64,000 bases of DNA from Halovenus sp. (lineage in GTDB: Archaea > Halobacteriota > Halobacteria > Halobacteriales > Haloarculaceae): contig JAZKTU010000001.1 of assembly GCA_036625385.1 (NCBI GenBank), forward strand, positions 14,865 to 78,864. The letters run 5' to 3'. Below are positions 1-9,694 of this stretch, one piece after another. The position numbers were made by a program, and so were the translations under genes. The notes below the pieces were generated by a model that did not search any database, was not told the origin of the DNA, and saw only the letters and a program-made list of their open reading frames with translations. Each line of letters opens with the position of its first letter. The first letter of the stretch is position 1.

Positions 1-1
1 C

Positions 2-988
2 GAACCAAGCGCCGCCAGCCACGTCACCGACCGCACCCGCGAGCAAGGCGAGTTCCTGGCGGTACCGGAAGTTCTCAACGGGGATAGCCAGGCGCTCGTC
101 GGGACCCTCGGCGAAGGGATCGACTACGTCCGCGAGGAGCTCTCGTCGGCGATAGTCGAGGACAAACTCGGGGTGTCCCTCGACGGTCTCTTCGGTGACC
201 GCGTTGGAAACTTCGCGGCGGGGTACATGATGCAGCAGGCGGTGTTCGAGGCGTACATCATCATGAATCTCGACAGCGCAGCGGCGCGCGAGGCAAACGT
301 GACCGAGGATGATCTGATCGACCCGGAGACCGCGAAGCAGCGGGCGCTCGCGGCCGAGTATCACCTCGACAGCGAAGTCATCTATCTCGAGTACTCCGGC
401 CGGTTCGGCGGCGAGGAAGCCCTCGACATCCTCGAGGCGATCGACGACGCCGTCACCTGGCCGCGTCTCTGGTATGGCGGCGGTCTCGACAGCCGCGAGA
501 ACGTGAACGCGGTCCGGGACGCCGGTGCGGATGCCGTCGTCGTCGGCGATGTGTTCCACGATATCGCCGAGGAAGAGCGGAAACTCTTCAGGCTGGCCGT
601 CGACGAGTTCGCGACCCCGCCGGCAGCGGACGACCTGCGCGCGTTTCTCGCCGGGGCAGTCGATATCGAGGAGACGAGCGCCGCGCGGTATCTCTCCACC
701 GTGCCATCGGTCACGGAGCCGGCGGCAACCGCTGCCGAGTACCTCGTCGCCGGTGTGGGGATTGCGCTCTCGTTGCGCGAGGTCGCCGCGGAACTGTCGG
801 ACCCGGACGAACGCGACATCGAGCGCGCGCTCGCGTCGGACGGGATACCCGGGGAGGCGGCCTTTGCTGACGTGCTCGGGGGGGGTGCCGGAACAGTCGC
901 CCGGACCCTGGGGCATGGCCTGCTCGCCGAGCGATTCGACGTCGACGAACCGTCAGCCGCTGGCCGACATCTGGCCCTCGACCTGTAA
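2..988 (+). CDS. PcrB-like geranylgeranylglyceryl/heptaprenylglyceryl phosphate synthase family protein (5' end outside window)
   Basis: Frame open from window start; motifs EAYIIMN, IYLEYSG, LWYGGG and GADAVVVG of the GGGPS/PcrB TIM barrel, plus a C-terminal extension. Confidence 0.75.
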   Translation, partial: EPSAASHVTDRTREQGEFLAVPEVLNGDSQALVGTLGEGIDYVREELSSAIVEDKLGVSLDGLFGDRVGNFAAGYMMQQAVFEAYIIMNLDSAAAREANVTEDDLIDPETAKQRALAAEYHLDSEVIYLEYSGRFGGEEALDILEAIDDAVTWPRLWYGGGLDSRENVNAVRDAGADAVVVGDVFHDIAEEERKLFRLAVDEFATPPAADDLRAFLAGAVDIEETSAARYLSTVPSVTEPAATAAEYLVAGVGIALSLREVAAELSDPDERDIERALASDGIPGEAAFADVLGGGAGTVARTLGHGLLAERFDVDEPSAAGRHLALDL

Positions 989-1073
989 GCGACGAGCGAA
1001 GCGCTGTGACGCTGGCTGGGGTCACAGCGGCGACCGGGGAACGTTTTAGCCGATAGAGCGCCTACGTCGGGGT

Positions 1074-1430
1074 ATGGTGGACCTTGCCTTCGTGGCACTC
1101 GTACTCAGTTTTCCCCTGCTCGTGATGAGCGTCTGTGCCATCTTCGCGTACATCGACGCCCCGGACCACGGGATGGACGCCAGGAAGTGGGCGCTCGTCT
1201 CCTTTGCCATCCCCGTGTTTGGCTTTTTCGCGTACCTGCTCGAGCGGGCCGAGCGCAACCGGACGCCCGAAGACGAGAAACGCGAGGAGATGTTCGTCGA
1301 TGGCCCGTTCCGCATCCACGAGGACCGGGCCGACGACACGCCGGTCGTGACGGACGAGGCCCCCGGACCCGAGGATCTCGAGGAGTACATCGACGCGGAA
1401 AACGAGGAAGGAAACGATCGCCAGGGGTGA
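1074..1430 (+). CDS. Small membrane protein (two TM helices, acidic tail)
   Basis: Hydrophobic segments flanking YIDAPDHGMDARKW; acidic C-terminus. Confidence 0.7.
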   Translation: MVDLAFVALVLSFPLLVMSVCAIFAYIDAPDHGMDARKWALVSFAIPVFGFFAYLLERAERNRTPEDEKREEMFVDGPFRIHEDRADDTPVVTDEAPGPEDLEEYIDAENEEGNDRQG

Positions 1431-1438
1431 GAGGACGG

Positions 1439-2809
1439 TCACCGCTTGCCGAGTGCTTCCTCGAAGACCCGCTGAGCGCGCTCGTAGGCCGCATCGCGGT
1501 CGACGACCGGGTCGGGGTAGTCGGGAGCCAGGTCCGCCCGCTCGGCTGCAGGGAGGGTCGGCCAGTCGACGATTTTGTCGGCAGGGACGTCCCGGAGTTC
1601 CGGCACGTACGCGGTGACGTAGGTCGCATCGTCGTCGTACTTGCGCATCTGTGCGACGGGATCGAAGATACGGACGTCCACTGAGTCGGTCCCAGTCCCG
1701 GCGATCCACTGCCAGTTCCCGTAGTTGTTTGCGGGGTCGTGGTCGACGAGTTTGCGGGCGAAGTAGCGGGCACCAGTCCGCCAGTCGACGAGCAGGTGTT
1801 TCGTGAGAAACGAGGCGACGTTCTGGCGCGGACGGTTGTGGATGTATCCCTCCTCTTCTAGCTGGCGCATCCCGGCGTCGACGAACGGGTAGCCAGTCTC
1901 GCCGCGCTGCCAGGCCTCGATATCGGCCTCGTCGTCGCGCCAGGCGACCGCGTTTGGGAACGACCGGTAGTTCTCCGAGAGCAGCGCCGGGTTGTGAAAG
2001 AGGAGATGGTAGTTCGCCTCGCGCCAGGAGAGTTCGTACCGGAACTTCTCGACGTTTCGTGCCGCCGAACCGCTGACGGCGTCCTTGCGCTCGCTGGCAT
2101 CCCGCCACACCTCCCGGATACCGATCATCCCTGCAGCGAGATACGGCGACAGCCGCGACACCGCACCCACTGGCCGTTCGACGGCAGCCTGCATGTCGTC
2201 CCGCGTATCGCTGTACGTCTCGATCCCCGCCTCCAGAAACCGGTCGTACCGGTCCCGTGCAGCCGGATAGCCGGCGTCGGGGAGGGAGATATCCGCCCCG
2301 ACAGCCGGGGCCATGGTTCCGTCGGCAGCGTCGACCAGCCGGTCCCCGTCGGGCGGCTCGGCAGGGGGGCGTTTCGGCTCCGCCTGCCAGTCGTCGTAGA
2401 ACCGGCTGTGGGTCGGGTACTGCTCCGAGAGTTGGTCGGGGGCAACCAGAACGAGGTCGGTCGCCGCCGTCGTCGGAAGCGTCTCCGCGACACGGCGCTC
2501 GCGGTTGCGCCGCGCCGGGCGGTAGTGGCGGTTGTAGTAGACCCGGTCGGCGCCGTAGGCGTCGACGACCTGTGGAAGAACCTCTGTGGGTGTGCCGGCC
2601 CGGACGAGCAGGTCACCGCCACGCTCCCGGTAGCGCCGCTTGAGCGTCCGGATTCCAGCAAACAGGAAGGCTCGCTGTCGCCGACCCAGCTGTGTGAGCA
2701 TATCCGCCTCGAGGACGACGACCGGGAGGACGCGCCCGTCGCTGGCCGCGAGGGCGAGCCCGCGGTTGTCGGGAATTCGGAGGTCCCGCCGGTGCCAGAA
2801 GACGTGCAT
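1439..2809 (-). CDS. phr: Deoxyribodipyrimidine photolyase
   Basis: WHRRDLRIPDN, SRLSPYL, GETGYPFVDAGMRQL, HNRPRQNVASFL, NYGNWQW. Confidence 0.95.
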   Translation of the reverse strand: MHVFWHRRDLRIPDNRGLALAASDGRVLPVVVLEADMLTQLGRRQRAFLFAGIRTLKRRYRERGGDLLVRAGTPTEVLPQVVDAYGADRVYYNRHYRPARRNRERRVAETLPTTAATDLVLVAPDQLSEQYPTHSRFYDDWQAEPKRPPAEPPDGDRLVDAADGTMAPAVGADISLPDAGYPAARDRYDRFLEAGIETYSDTRDDMQAAVERPVGAVSRLSPYLAAGMIGIREVWRDASERKDAVSGSAARNVEKFRYELSWREANYHLLFHNPALLSENYRSFPNAVAWRDDEADIEAWQRGETGYPFVDAGMRQLEEEGYIHNRPRQNVASFLTKHLLVDWRTGARYFARKLVDHDPANNYGNWQWIAGTGTDSVDVRIFDPVAQMRKYDDDATYVTAYVPELRDVPADKIVDWPTLPAAERADLAPDYPDPVVDRDAAYERAQRVFEEALGKR

Positions 2810-2980
2810 GCGAAACCTAACCGCTGGAGTGACAAGACGGCACGCCCAATCTAGTTGGGTATACAGGAGCGGACAGGGGAACGGACCGTCTACCGGTCCG
2901 GTCCGCGCTCCGACAGGACGGCTGCCGTCCCCTGCGGTGTGGAGCGCGGGTCCGGCCGGCCTCGAAGGGAGAATGTTTGT

Positions 2981-2996
2981 TATTCGGATACGAGTA
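2981..2996. promoter_or_regulatory. Putative TrmB-type operator TATTC-N6-GAGTA upstream of the ppc TATA box (TTTATTTG, 3021-3028)
   Basis: Near-palindrome matching the haloarchaeal TrmB motif; recurs at 9423, 18758 and 29425. Confidence 0.55.
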
Positions 2997-3049
2997 AAAC
3001 ACTCTCAAAAAGCGACAGCCTTTATTTGCTCGAACGGCAGAGGGTTGGT

Positions 3050-5743
3050 ATGTCACTGCATGCCCGGGACGTCGAACAGGACGTCCGCGAGTTGAGTACG
3101 CTACTCGGGACGGTCCTGGCCGACCAGTCCTCACCCGGCGCACTCGAAACCGTCGAAAACGTGCGTACGGGGGCGATCGAGTACCGTCGCAACGACACGA
3201 AATCGCGCTCGACGCTGTACGAGGAGTTGAACAGTCTCGACCCGGAAACCAGAGAGATTGTGGCTCGCGCGTTCGCGACGTATTTCGAGTTGACAAACCT
3301 CGCCGAAGAGCGAGAACGCGTCAGGGCAATCCGTGACGGGAGTTCCGAGGATGCGCTCGCGGACAGTCTGGCCGCAGTCGTTGAGCGTCTGGTCGCGAAG
3401 GACGCCGATCCGGACACTGTCGAACAGGTCCTGCAGGATACACTCATCCAGCCGACCTTCACGGCCCACCCGACGGAAGCTCGCCGGAAGACAGTGAAAG
3501 CGAAGCTCCGGGAGGTCGCCGGAATCATCGAGACGCTCGACGAGCGGCGACTGACGGTGAACGAGCGCTCCCGCATCGAGCGCGAGTTGGAGGCTGAAAT
3601 AATGAGCCTCTGGCAGACACCGCAGATCCGGGACCGACGCCCGGAGGTGACCGACGAAGCACTCAACGTCCAGTGGTATCTGGAGAACGTCCTGTTCGAC
3701 GTCGTCGGCACCGTGTACGACGAACTGGAGCGAAGTCTCGCCGACAATTACCCGGAGATCGAGGTCCCGAAACTCTTCGAGTTCCGGTCGTGGGCCGGCA
3801 GCGACCGCGACGGCAACCCGTACGTCACGCCGGAGGTGACCGCCGAGACGCTCGAACGACAGCGAACGGTCGTCCTCTCGAAGTACCGCGAGGAACTCGG
3901 GGCGCTGTCGGGCGTGCTGAGCCAGGACAGCCGGGACTTTGCAGTCGGCGACCGGTTCGCCGAGGGACTCGCTGCGGACAAGAACCGACTGCCCGGCGTG
4001 GCAAGCGACGTCGAGGCGCAGTACACCAACGAACCGTACCGACAGAAATTGACGCTGATGCGCGAGCGGCTCGCGCGTGTCGGCGACGTGAGGCAAGGGG
4101 AGTACACGGACGCCGACGAACTGCTGGGGGACATCGAAACCATCGCGGCCAGTCTCCGCGCGAACGGGGCCGACGCCATCGCGGAGACACGTGTCGACCC
4201 GCTCGCCAGACAGGTGGATACCTTCGGGTTCAACCTCGCCAGTCTCGACCTCCGGGACCACCAGGCAAATCACACGGAAACGGTCGCAACCGTCTTCGAG
4301 CGCGAGGGTGTCGACTACGAAGGGATGGGCGAGACGGAACGAGTCGAGGTGCTGACCGACGCAATCCTGCAGCCCGGGGCCGTCGTCGACCTCTCCGACG
4401 TCTCCGCTTACGAGGGGACCACCGAGCGGGTCCTCCGTCGGTTCGACGAACTGGCTACCTGGCAGCGCGAGTACGGCGTCGACGCCATCGACACGTACTG
4501 TATCAGCATGACGGAGGAGCCGAGTCACGTCCTCGAAGTCCTGTTTCTCGCGGACCAGACTGGCGTCGTCAACCTGCCCGAGTACTGTGGGCTGGATATC
4601 GTTCCCCTGCTGGAGACTGAATCGGCGCTGTCCGGCGCCCGCCGGATCATGGGGACCCTGTTCCGGAACGAGGCCTACAGCGCTGCGCTCGAAGCCCGTG
4701 ACAACCTCCAGGAAATCATGCTGGGGTACTCCGACTCGAACAAGGAGAACGGCTTTCTGGCGGCCAACTGGTCGCTCCACCGCAACCAGAAGCGGCTGGC
4801 GGCGATTACCGACGACCACGGCATCGAACTCCGACTCTTTCACGGTCGGGGCGGCTCCATCTCCCGCGGCGGTGGCTCGATGAACGAAGCGTTGCTCGCG
4901 TTGCCGAGGGAGACAGTGACCGGGCAGGTGAAATTTACCGAGCAGGGGGAGGCGATCGCCGAGAAGTACGCCAACCCGCGGATCGCCCAGCGGAACCTCG
5001 AACAGATGCTGAACGCACAGATACGTGCGCGCTACCGGGTTCTCACGGAGGGCACGGAGGAAAACGCTCCCGAAGCATGGCACGAACCGCTCGAAGTCGC
5101 CGCCGACGCGGCACGGGAGGAGTATCGCGACTTGCTGGAGACTGACGGCTTCGTGTCGTTCTTCGAGCAGGCGACGCCCATCACGGTCATCGAGGACCTC
5201 AACCTCGGCTCCCGGCCGGCCTCGCGGACCGGCGAACGGACAGTCGAAGACCTCCGGGCGATCCCGTGGGTGTTCTCCTGGACACAGGCCCGCTGTATCC
5301 TTCCCGGGTGGTACGGCCTCGGCACTGGCCTGGAGGCGTACCTCGACGACGGCGGCGATATCGGGACCCTGAAACAGCTCTACGAGGCTTGGCCCTTCTT
5401 CCGGACAACGCTTGACAACGCGGCCCTCTCGCTCGCGCGCACTGACCTCGAGATCGCGTCCGAGTACACCGCGCTGGCCGAGTCCCACCGGGACACCTTC
5501 TTCGCCAGAATCACGGCGGAGTACTCCCGCGCTGCCGAACTGGTGCGGGAGATTACCGGCCGGGATCGGTTGCCGCCGCGTGCCTGGGTCGCGGAGAACC
5601 TCGAGCGCCGGAACCCCTACGTCGATCCGCTGAACCTCCTGCAGGTGAGTCTGCTCGACCGCGACGAACTCACCGAAACCGAACAGCGAACGCTCCGGTT
5701 GACTGTCAAGGGTATCGCCGCAGGCATGAAATCGACCGGGTGA
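3050..5743 (+). CDS. ppc: Phosphoenolpyruvate carboxylase (bacterial type)
   Basis: FTAHPTE, SWAGSDRDGNP, QEIMLGYSDSNKE, FHGRGGSISRGG, LRAIPWVFSWTQ, GIAAGMKSTG. Confidence 0.95.
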   Translation: MSLHARDVEQDVRELSTLLGTVLADQSSPGALETVENVRTGAIEYRRNDTKSRSTLYEELNSLDPETREIVARAFATYFELTNLAEERERVRAIRDGSSEDALADSLAAVVERLVAKDADPDTVEQVLQDTLIQPTFTAHPTEARRKTVKAKLREVAGIIETLDERRLTVNERSRIERELEAEIMSLWQTPQIRDRRPEVTDEALNVQWYLENVLFDVVGTVYDELERSLADNYPEIEVPKLFEFRSWAGSDRDGNPYVTPEVTAETLERQRTVVLSKYREELGALSGVLSQDSRDFAVGDRFAEGLAADKNRLPGVASDVEAQYTNEPYRQKLTLMRERLARVGDVRQGEYTDADELLGDIETIAASLRANGADAIAETRVDPLARQVDTFGFNLASLDLRDHQANHTETVATVFEREGVDYEGMGETERVEVLTDAILQPGAVVDLSDVSAYEGTTERVLRRFDELATWQREYGVDAIDTYCISMTEEPSHVLEVLFLADQTGVVNLPEYCGLDIVPLLETESALSGARRIMGTLFRNEAYSAALEARDNLQEIMLGYSDSNKENGFLAANWSLHRNQKRLAAITDDHGIELRLFHGRGGSISRGGGSMNEALLALPRETVTGQVKFTEQGEAIAEKYANPRIAQRNLEQMLNAQIRARYRVLTEGTEENAPEAWHEPLEVAADAAREEYRDLLETDGFVSFFEQATPITVIEDLNLGSRPASRTGERTVEDLRAIPWVFSWTQARCILPGWYGLGTGLEAYLDDGGDIGTLKQLYEAWPFFRTTLDNAALSLARTDLEIASEYTALAESHRDTFFARITAEYSRAAELVREITGRDRLPPRAWVAENLERRNPYVDPLNLLQVSLLDRDELTETEQRTLRLTVKGIAAGMKSTG

Positions 5744-5830
5744 CAGCCAGGAGGCGGGCGCTCGCTCCGACGCAGCACCGCGAGCAGTCACGGGCCGCAG
5801 GCTTTAGGACAACCCCCACCTCCAGTCGGC

Positions 5831-6208
5831 ATGCGTATTGCGCTCATTGCACACGACGACGAGAAGGCGGAGCTCGTCGACTGGGCCGAAGAGCACAGGT
5901 CGATTCTCGCGGCGAACGACCTCATCGCAACGGGCACCACGGGCAGCCGGCTCATCGAGGAGACCGGACTGGCGGTGACGCCGATGACCTCCGGTCCGCT
6001 CGGTGGCGACCTCGAAATCGGATCGGCGATCGTCAACGAGGAGTGTGACGTGCTCGTCTTCTTCCGCGACCCGATGACCGCCCAGCCACACGAACCGGAT
6101 ATCAGCGCACTGTTACGCATCTGTGACGTCCGCGGTGTGCCGCTGGCGACCAACCGGGCGAGCGCGACGGCGCTGCTCAAGGGGCTCACCGCCGGGGACG
6201 CCGGCTGA
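5831..6208 (+). CDS. mgsA: Methylglyoxal synthase
   Basis: IALIAHD, ATGTTG, SGPLGGD, FFRDP, HEPDISALLR. Confidence 0.95.
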   Translation: MRIALIAHDDEKAELVDWAEEHRSILAANDLIATGTTGSRLIEETGLAVTPMTSGPLGGDLEIGSAIVNEECDVLVFFRDPMTAQPHEPDISALLRICDVRGVPLATNRASATALLKGLTAGDAG

Positions 6209-6220
6209 ATCGGGCACCGG

Positions 6221-7957
6221 TCACCGCTCCTCGATGTCGGACTCGTAGATGACACCGCGGTCACCGTCGACGGTCACGACCGTTCCGCCCGGGATCGGCC
6301 ACGTGATCCCACCCACCATCGGGATATCCAGTTCCCGGGCGATCACAGCCGGATAGCTCGTCTGACCCTTGTCGGCTGCGACGATACCCGCGAGTTTCGA
6401 GAGGTCGCCAACGAACTCCCCGTCGAACGAGTCGGGGATCGAGACGACGGCACCGTCCGGGCACCCGGTGAGGTCACCGTCCGGGGCGACCCAGACCGGT
6501 CCCGCACTACGACCACCCTGGATCCCGCGACCGCTCGCCAGCACCTCGGCAGCCAGATGCACCTTCAGCGTGTTCGTCGTGTTTGCGCCTTCGAGGTCGG
6601 TCATCATCCCGGCGAGAACGACCACCGTGTCGCCGCTTGCACTGATGCCGGCGTCGATCGCCGCGTTCGCCGACTGCTCGATGAGGTCAGCAGCACCGCC
6701 CTCCGGCGTTGGCTGGTATCGCGGCGAGATACCCCACAGCAGTGCGAGTCGCCGGCGAACCTGCCTGTCGGGAGTCACGGCTACCACCGGCACTGACGGC
6801 CGGTACTTCGCAACCTTGTGTGCGGTGTATCCCGACTCGGTGACCGTGACGATAGCCGTCGCCTCGACGTCGCGGGCGAGATAGCGCGCGGAGCGCGCGA
6901 TGGCGTCCGTCCGGGTGTCCGAAGCAGGTGGGACGCGCTGTTCGCGGCTCTCGTCGTACTCGGGGCTGGCTTCGACGTCGCGGACGATGCGGTCCATAGT
7001 TTCGACGACGCGGACGGGGTGGTCGCCGATGGCAGTCTCGCCCGAGAGCATCACCGCGTCGGTCCCGTCGAGCACGGCGTTTGCGACGTCGGAGGCCTCG
7101 GCCCGCGTCGGTCGGCGCTCGTGGATCATCGAATCCAGCATCTCCGTCGCCGTGATGACCGGGATGCCGGCAGTGCGTGCCTTGCGAATGATGCGTTTCT
7201 GGATGAGCGGGACCTTCTCGAGCGGACACTCCACGCCCAGATCACCGCGGGCGACCATCACGCCGTCGGCGGCCTCGAGGATGCCGTCGAGGTTGTCGAC
7301 CGCCGCCGCACGCTCGATTTTCGCGACGATTGGGAGGTCCGCGCCGAACTCCTCGAGTGTCTGATTGACAGCGTAGACGTCCTCCGCCGAGCCGACGAAA
7401 CTCGCCGCGACGTAGGCGACCTCCTTGTCGGCGGCCAGTCGCAGTTCGTCGCGGTCGTCGTCGGTGACGAAGTCGACACCGAGGTCGACACCGGGCACGT
7501 TGACGCCCTTGCGCCCGCCGAGCGAACCGCCGGAGTCGATACTGACGACGACCCCGTCGTCCTCGACGCGCTCGACCGTCGTCTCGATGCGTCCGTCGTC
7601 GAGCAGCACCCTGTCACCGGGCTGGACGGGGCCGAGCGACCGCGAGAGCCCGATCCGTTCGCCGTCGACGACGTCACCTTCGACGAGGCGCCGTCTCCCG
7701 CCGGTTTCCACCTCGACCGGTTCCGACAGCGGCGCGGTCCGTACCTCCGGCCCCGAAACGTCGAGCATCGTCGCGACAGGGGTGTCGGACCTGTCGCTGG
7801 CCGCCCGAACCCTGTCGATGAGCGTCGCCCGGTGCTGGGTCGATCCGTGGCTGGCGTTGAGCCGCGCGACCGACATCCCCGCCTCGACGAGGCCGGCGAT
7901 CGCCTCCGTGCTGTCCGAGGCAGGACCCACCGTGCAGACGATCTTGGCTCGTCGCAT
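6221..7957 (-). CDS. pyk: Pyruvate kinase with C-terminal PEP-utilizer domain
   Basis: KIVCTVGP, ARLNASHG, MVARGDLGVE, DAVMLSGETA. Confidence 0.95.
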   Translation of the reverse strand: MRRAKIVCTVGPASDSTEAIAGLVEAGMSVARLNASHGSTQHRATLIDRVRAASDRSDTPVATMLDVSGPEVRTAPLSEPVEVETGGRRRLVEGDVVDGERIGLSRSLGPVQPGDRVLLDDGRIETTVERVEDDGVVVSIDSGGSLGGRKGVNVPGVDLGVDFVTDDDRDELRLAADKEVAYVAASFVGSAEDVYAVNQTLEEFGADLPIVAKIERAAAVDNLDGILEAADGVMVARGDLGVECPLEKVPLIQKRIIRKARTAGIPVITATEMLDSMIHERRPTRAEASDVANAVLDGTDAVMLSGETAIGDHPVRVVETMDRIVRDVEASPEYDESREQRVPPASDTRTDAIARSARYLARDVEATAIVTVTESGYTAHKVAKYRPSVPVVAVTPDRQVRRRLALLWGISPRYQPTPEGGAADLIEQSANAAIDAGISASGDTVVVLAGMMTDLEGANTTNTLKVHLAAEVLASGRGIQGGRSAGPVWVAPDGDLTGCPDGAVVSIPDSFDGEFVGDLSKLAGIVAADKGQTSYPAVIARELDIPMVGGITWPIPGGTVVTVDGDRGVIYESDIEER

Positions 7958-9390
7958 CAGAGAATGATACTCTTTTGCTGGACGAATGCCTCGATCGTAT
8001 ACCCGATACCCTCACGACCGATGCCGGAGTCCTTCACGCCGCCGAAGGGGATGTCCCCGAGGCCGTGGCTGGGCGCGCCGTTGATCCGCACGCCGCCGGC
8101 CTCGAGACGGTCTGCCATCCGCATCGCACGGTCGTAGTCGCTGGTGAACACGGACGCGTCGAGCCCGAGGTCGCCGCCGTTCGCAACCGAGATCGCCTCG
8201 GTTTCGTCCTCGAAGGTCGTGACGGCGACGACCGGCCCGAACTGTTCCTCGTGGACGATGCGGGCGTCCTGGGGGACGTCTGCGAGCAGCGTCGGCTCGA
8301 AGAAGCGGCCGTCGCGTTCGCCGCCGTGAACCAGCCGCGCGCCGCGTTCGAGAGCGTCGTCGACGAGCCCCTCAACCCAGTCGGCCTGATCCTCCGAGAT
8401 GAGTGGCCCCAGCGACGTCTCGGGGTCGAACAGGTCCCCCGCCTCCCACTCGCCCATCTCGGCGTCGATGCGCTCCACGATGTCGTCGTGGACATCCTCG
8501 TGGGCGAGGACACGGGAGACGGCGGAACACCGCTGGCCGGCGTACTTCAGCGAACCGCTCGCGGCGGCACGGGCCGCGGCGTCGAGGTCGGCGTCCGGAA
8601 AGACAACAGCGGGCGCGTTGCCGCCCAGTTCCATGTGGAGTTCGACCATGCCGCTGACCGAGGCGACGTGTTTCCCCGCGTTCGAGGAACCGGTCATCGC
8701 GATGGCGTTGATCCGGTCGTCGCCGGCGAGCACGTCGCCGATGTCGCTCGCCCGGCCCGGCACGAACCCGAACGCGCCCTCCGGGAGGTCGGGTGCCGCG
8801 TTGACGATGATCTCCGCGAGGATCGCGCTGCTCATCGGCGTCTTCGTCGCCGGCTTCAGGATGACGGCGTTGCCCGCGGCGAGCGCCGGCGCGACCTGTA
8901 GCGCCGTCGTCGAGAGCGGGTAGTTGTACGGCGTGATACAGAGCACGGTGCCGACGGGTTCGTTCCGAACGATCGCGCGCCATCCCTCGTGGCCCTCGGT
9001 CGTCCCCTCGACGTACTCGCCCTCGAGCGAGCGCGCTTCCTCGGCGGCCCGCCGGAACCGTTCCGCCGCGGAGTCGACCTCGCCGCGCGCGCTGCTGATC
9101 GGTTTGCCGGCCTCGCGGACGATTACCTCCGCGAGTTCCTCCTTTCGCTCCTCGATCCCGTCAGCGATTGCCGTCACCCAGCGGGCGCGCTGGACGACCG
9201 TCGTCTCACGCATGGCGACCTCCGCGCCCGCTGCAGCGGCAAGCGCCCGCTCGGCCTCGGCGGGCGTCGCGGCTGCGACGGTGGCAAACACCCCCCCGTC
9301 GGCGAGATCGGTCACCTCGATCTGGTTCGTGGTCGGCGTCCATCGTCCCTCGATATAGAGTTCGTCGCGGTCGGTGTTTTTCACGGCCAT
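7957..9390 (-). CDS. Aldehyde dehydrogenase, GAPN-like (non-phosphorylating glyceraldehyde-3-phosphate dehydrogenase)
   Basis: ITPYNYP, MELGG, catalytic GQRCSA, EEQFGP, PFGGVKDSG; stop overlaps the pyk start. Confidence 0.8.
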   Translation of the reverse strand: MAVKNTDRDELYIEGRWTPTTNQIEVTDLADGGVFATVAAATPAEAERALAAAAGAEVAMRETTVVQRARWVTAIADGIEERKEELAEVIVREAGKPISSARGEVDSAAERFRRAAEEARSLEGEYVEGTTEGHEGWRAIVRNEPVGTVLCITPYNYPLSTTALQVAPALAAGNAVILKPATKTPMSSAILAEIIVNAAPDLPEGAFGFVPGRASDIGDVLAGDDRINAIAMTGSSNAGKHVASVSGMVELHMELGGNAPAVVFPDADLDAAARAAASGSLKYAGQRCSAVSRVLAHEDVHDDIVERIDAEMGEWEAGDLFDPETSLGPLISEDQADWVEGLVDDALERGARLVHGGERDGRFFEPTLLADVPQDARIVHEEQFGPVVAVTTFEDETEAISVANGGDLGLDASVFTSDYDRAMRMADRLEAGGVRINGAPSHGLGDIPFGGVKDSGIGREGIGYTIEAFVQQKSIIL

Positions 9391-9422
9391 ATCGGAACGA
9401 GGAGGTCCTTCCGTAAAAAATT

Positions 9423-9438
9423 TACTCAGTATAGAATA
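9423..9438. promoter_or_regulatory. Putative TrmB-type operator TACTC-N6-GAATA at the GAPN-pyk promoter
   Basis: Palindromic motif in an AT-rich divergent promoter region; weaker copy at 9476-9491. Confidence 0.55.
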
Positions 9439-9529
9439 AAGATTGCACACCCGGAGGAACGGCAGTATAAATATTTACTCGTATATGAAAAAGATTTATA
9501 TCCGAACAGTCCGGAATAGACAACAAGAG

Positions 9530-9667
9530 ATGACTACTGGAACGCTGACAGCCGAATCGGACGAGTCGTACTACGAATGTGCGCCCTGTGGATACACCGC
9601 GCCGGCGGGAGTCGCGATCGGGTTGTGTCCACACTGTGGTGACCGTCTCGCAGAACAGACCCGGTAG
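9530..9667 (+). CDS. Small CPxCG-related zinc-finger protein (45 aa)
   Basis: YECAPCG...CPHCG; TATA-like TTTATA upstream. Confidence 0.7.
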   Translation: MTTGTLTAESDESYYECAPCGYTAPAGVAIGLCPHCGDRLAEQTR

Positions 9668-9694
9668 GAGAGCGTACCGCGTTCCCGAACTGCG

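Noticed and set aside
2855-3049. N-terminal extensions in the ORF track (ppc, rtcB, glpA, aglF and others)
   Set aside because: Downstream starts match family N-termini and promoter spacing better.
3131-5791. Long antisense ORFs (886 aa here; also 16301-18004, 38733-41177, 40924-42678, 44998-46803)
   Set aside because: Shadow frames of well-supported genes in high-GC DNA, with no recognisable motifs.
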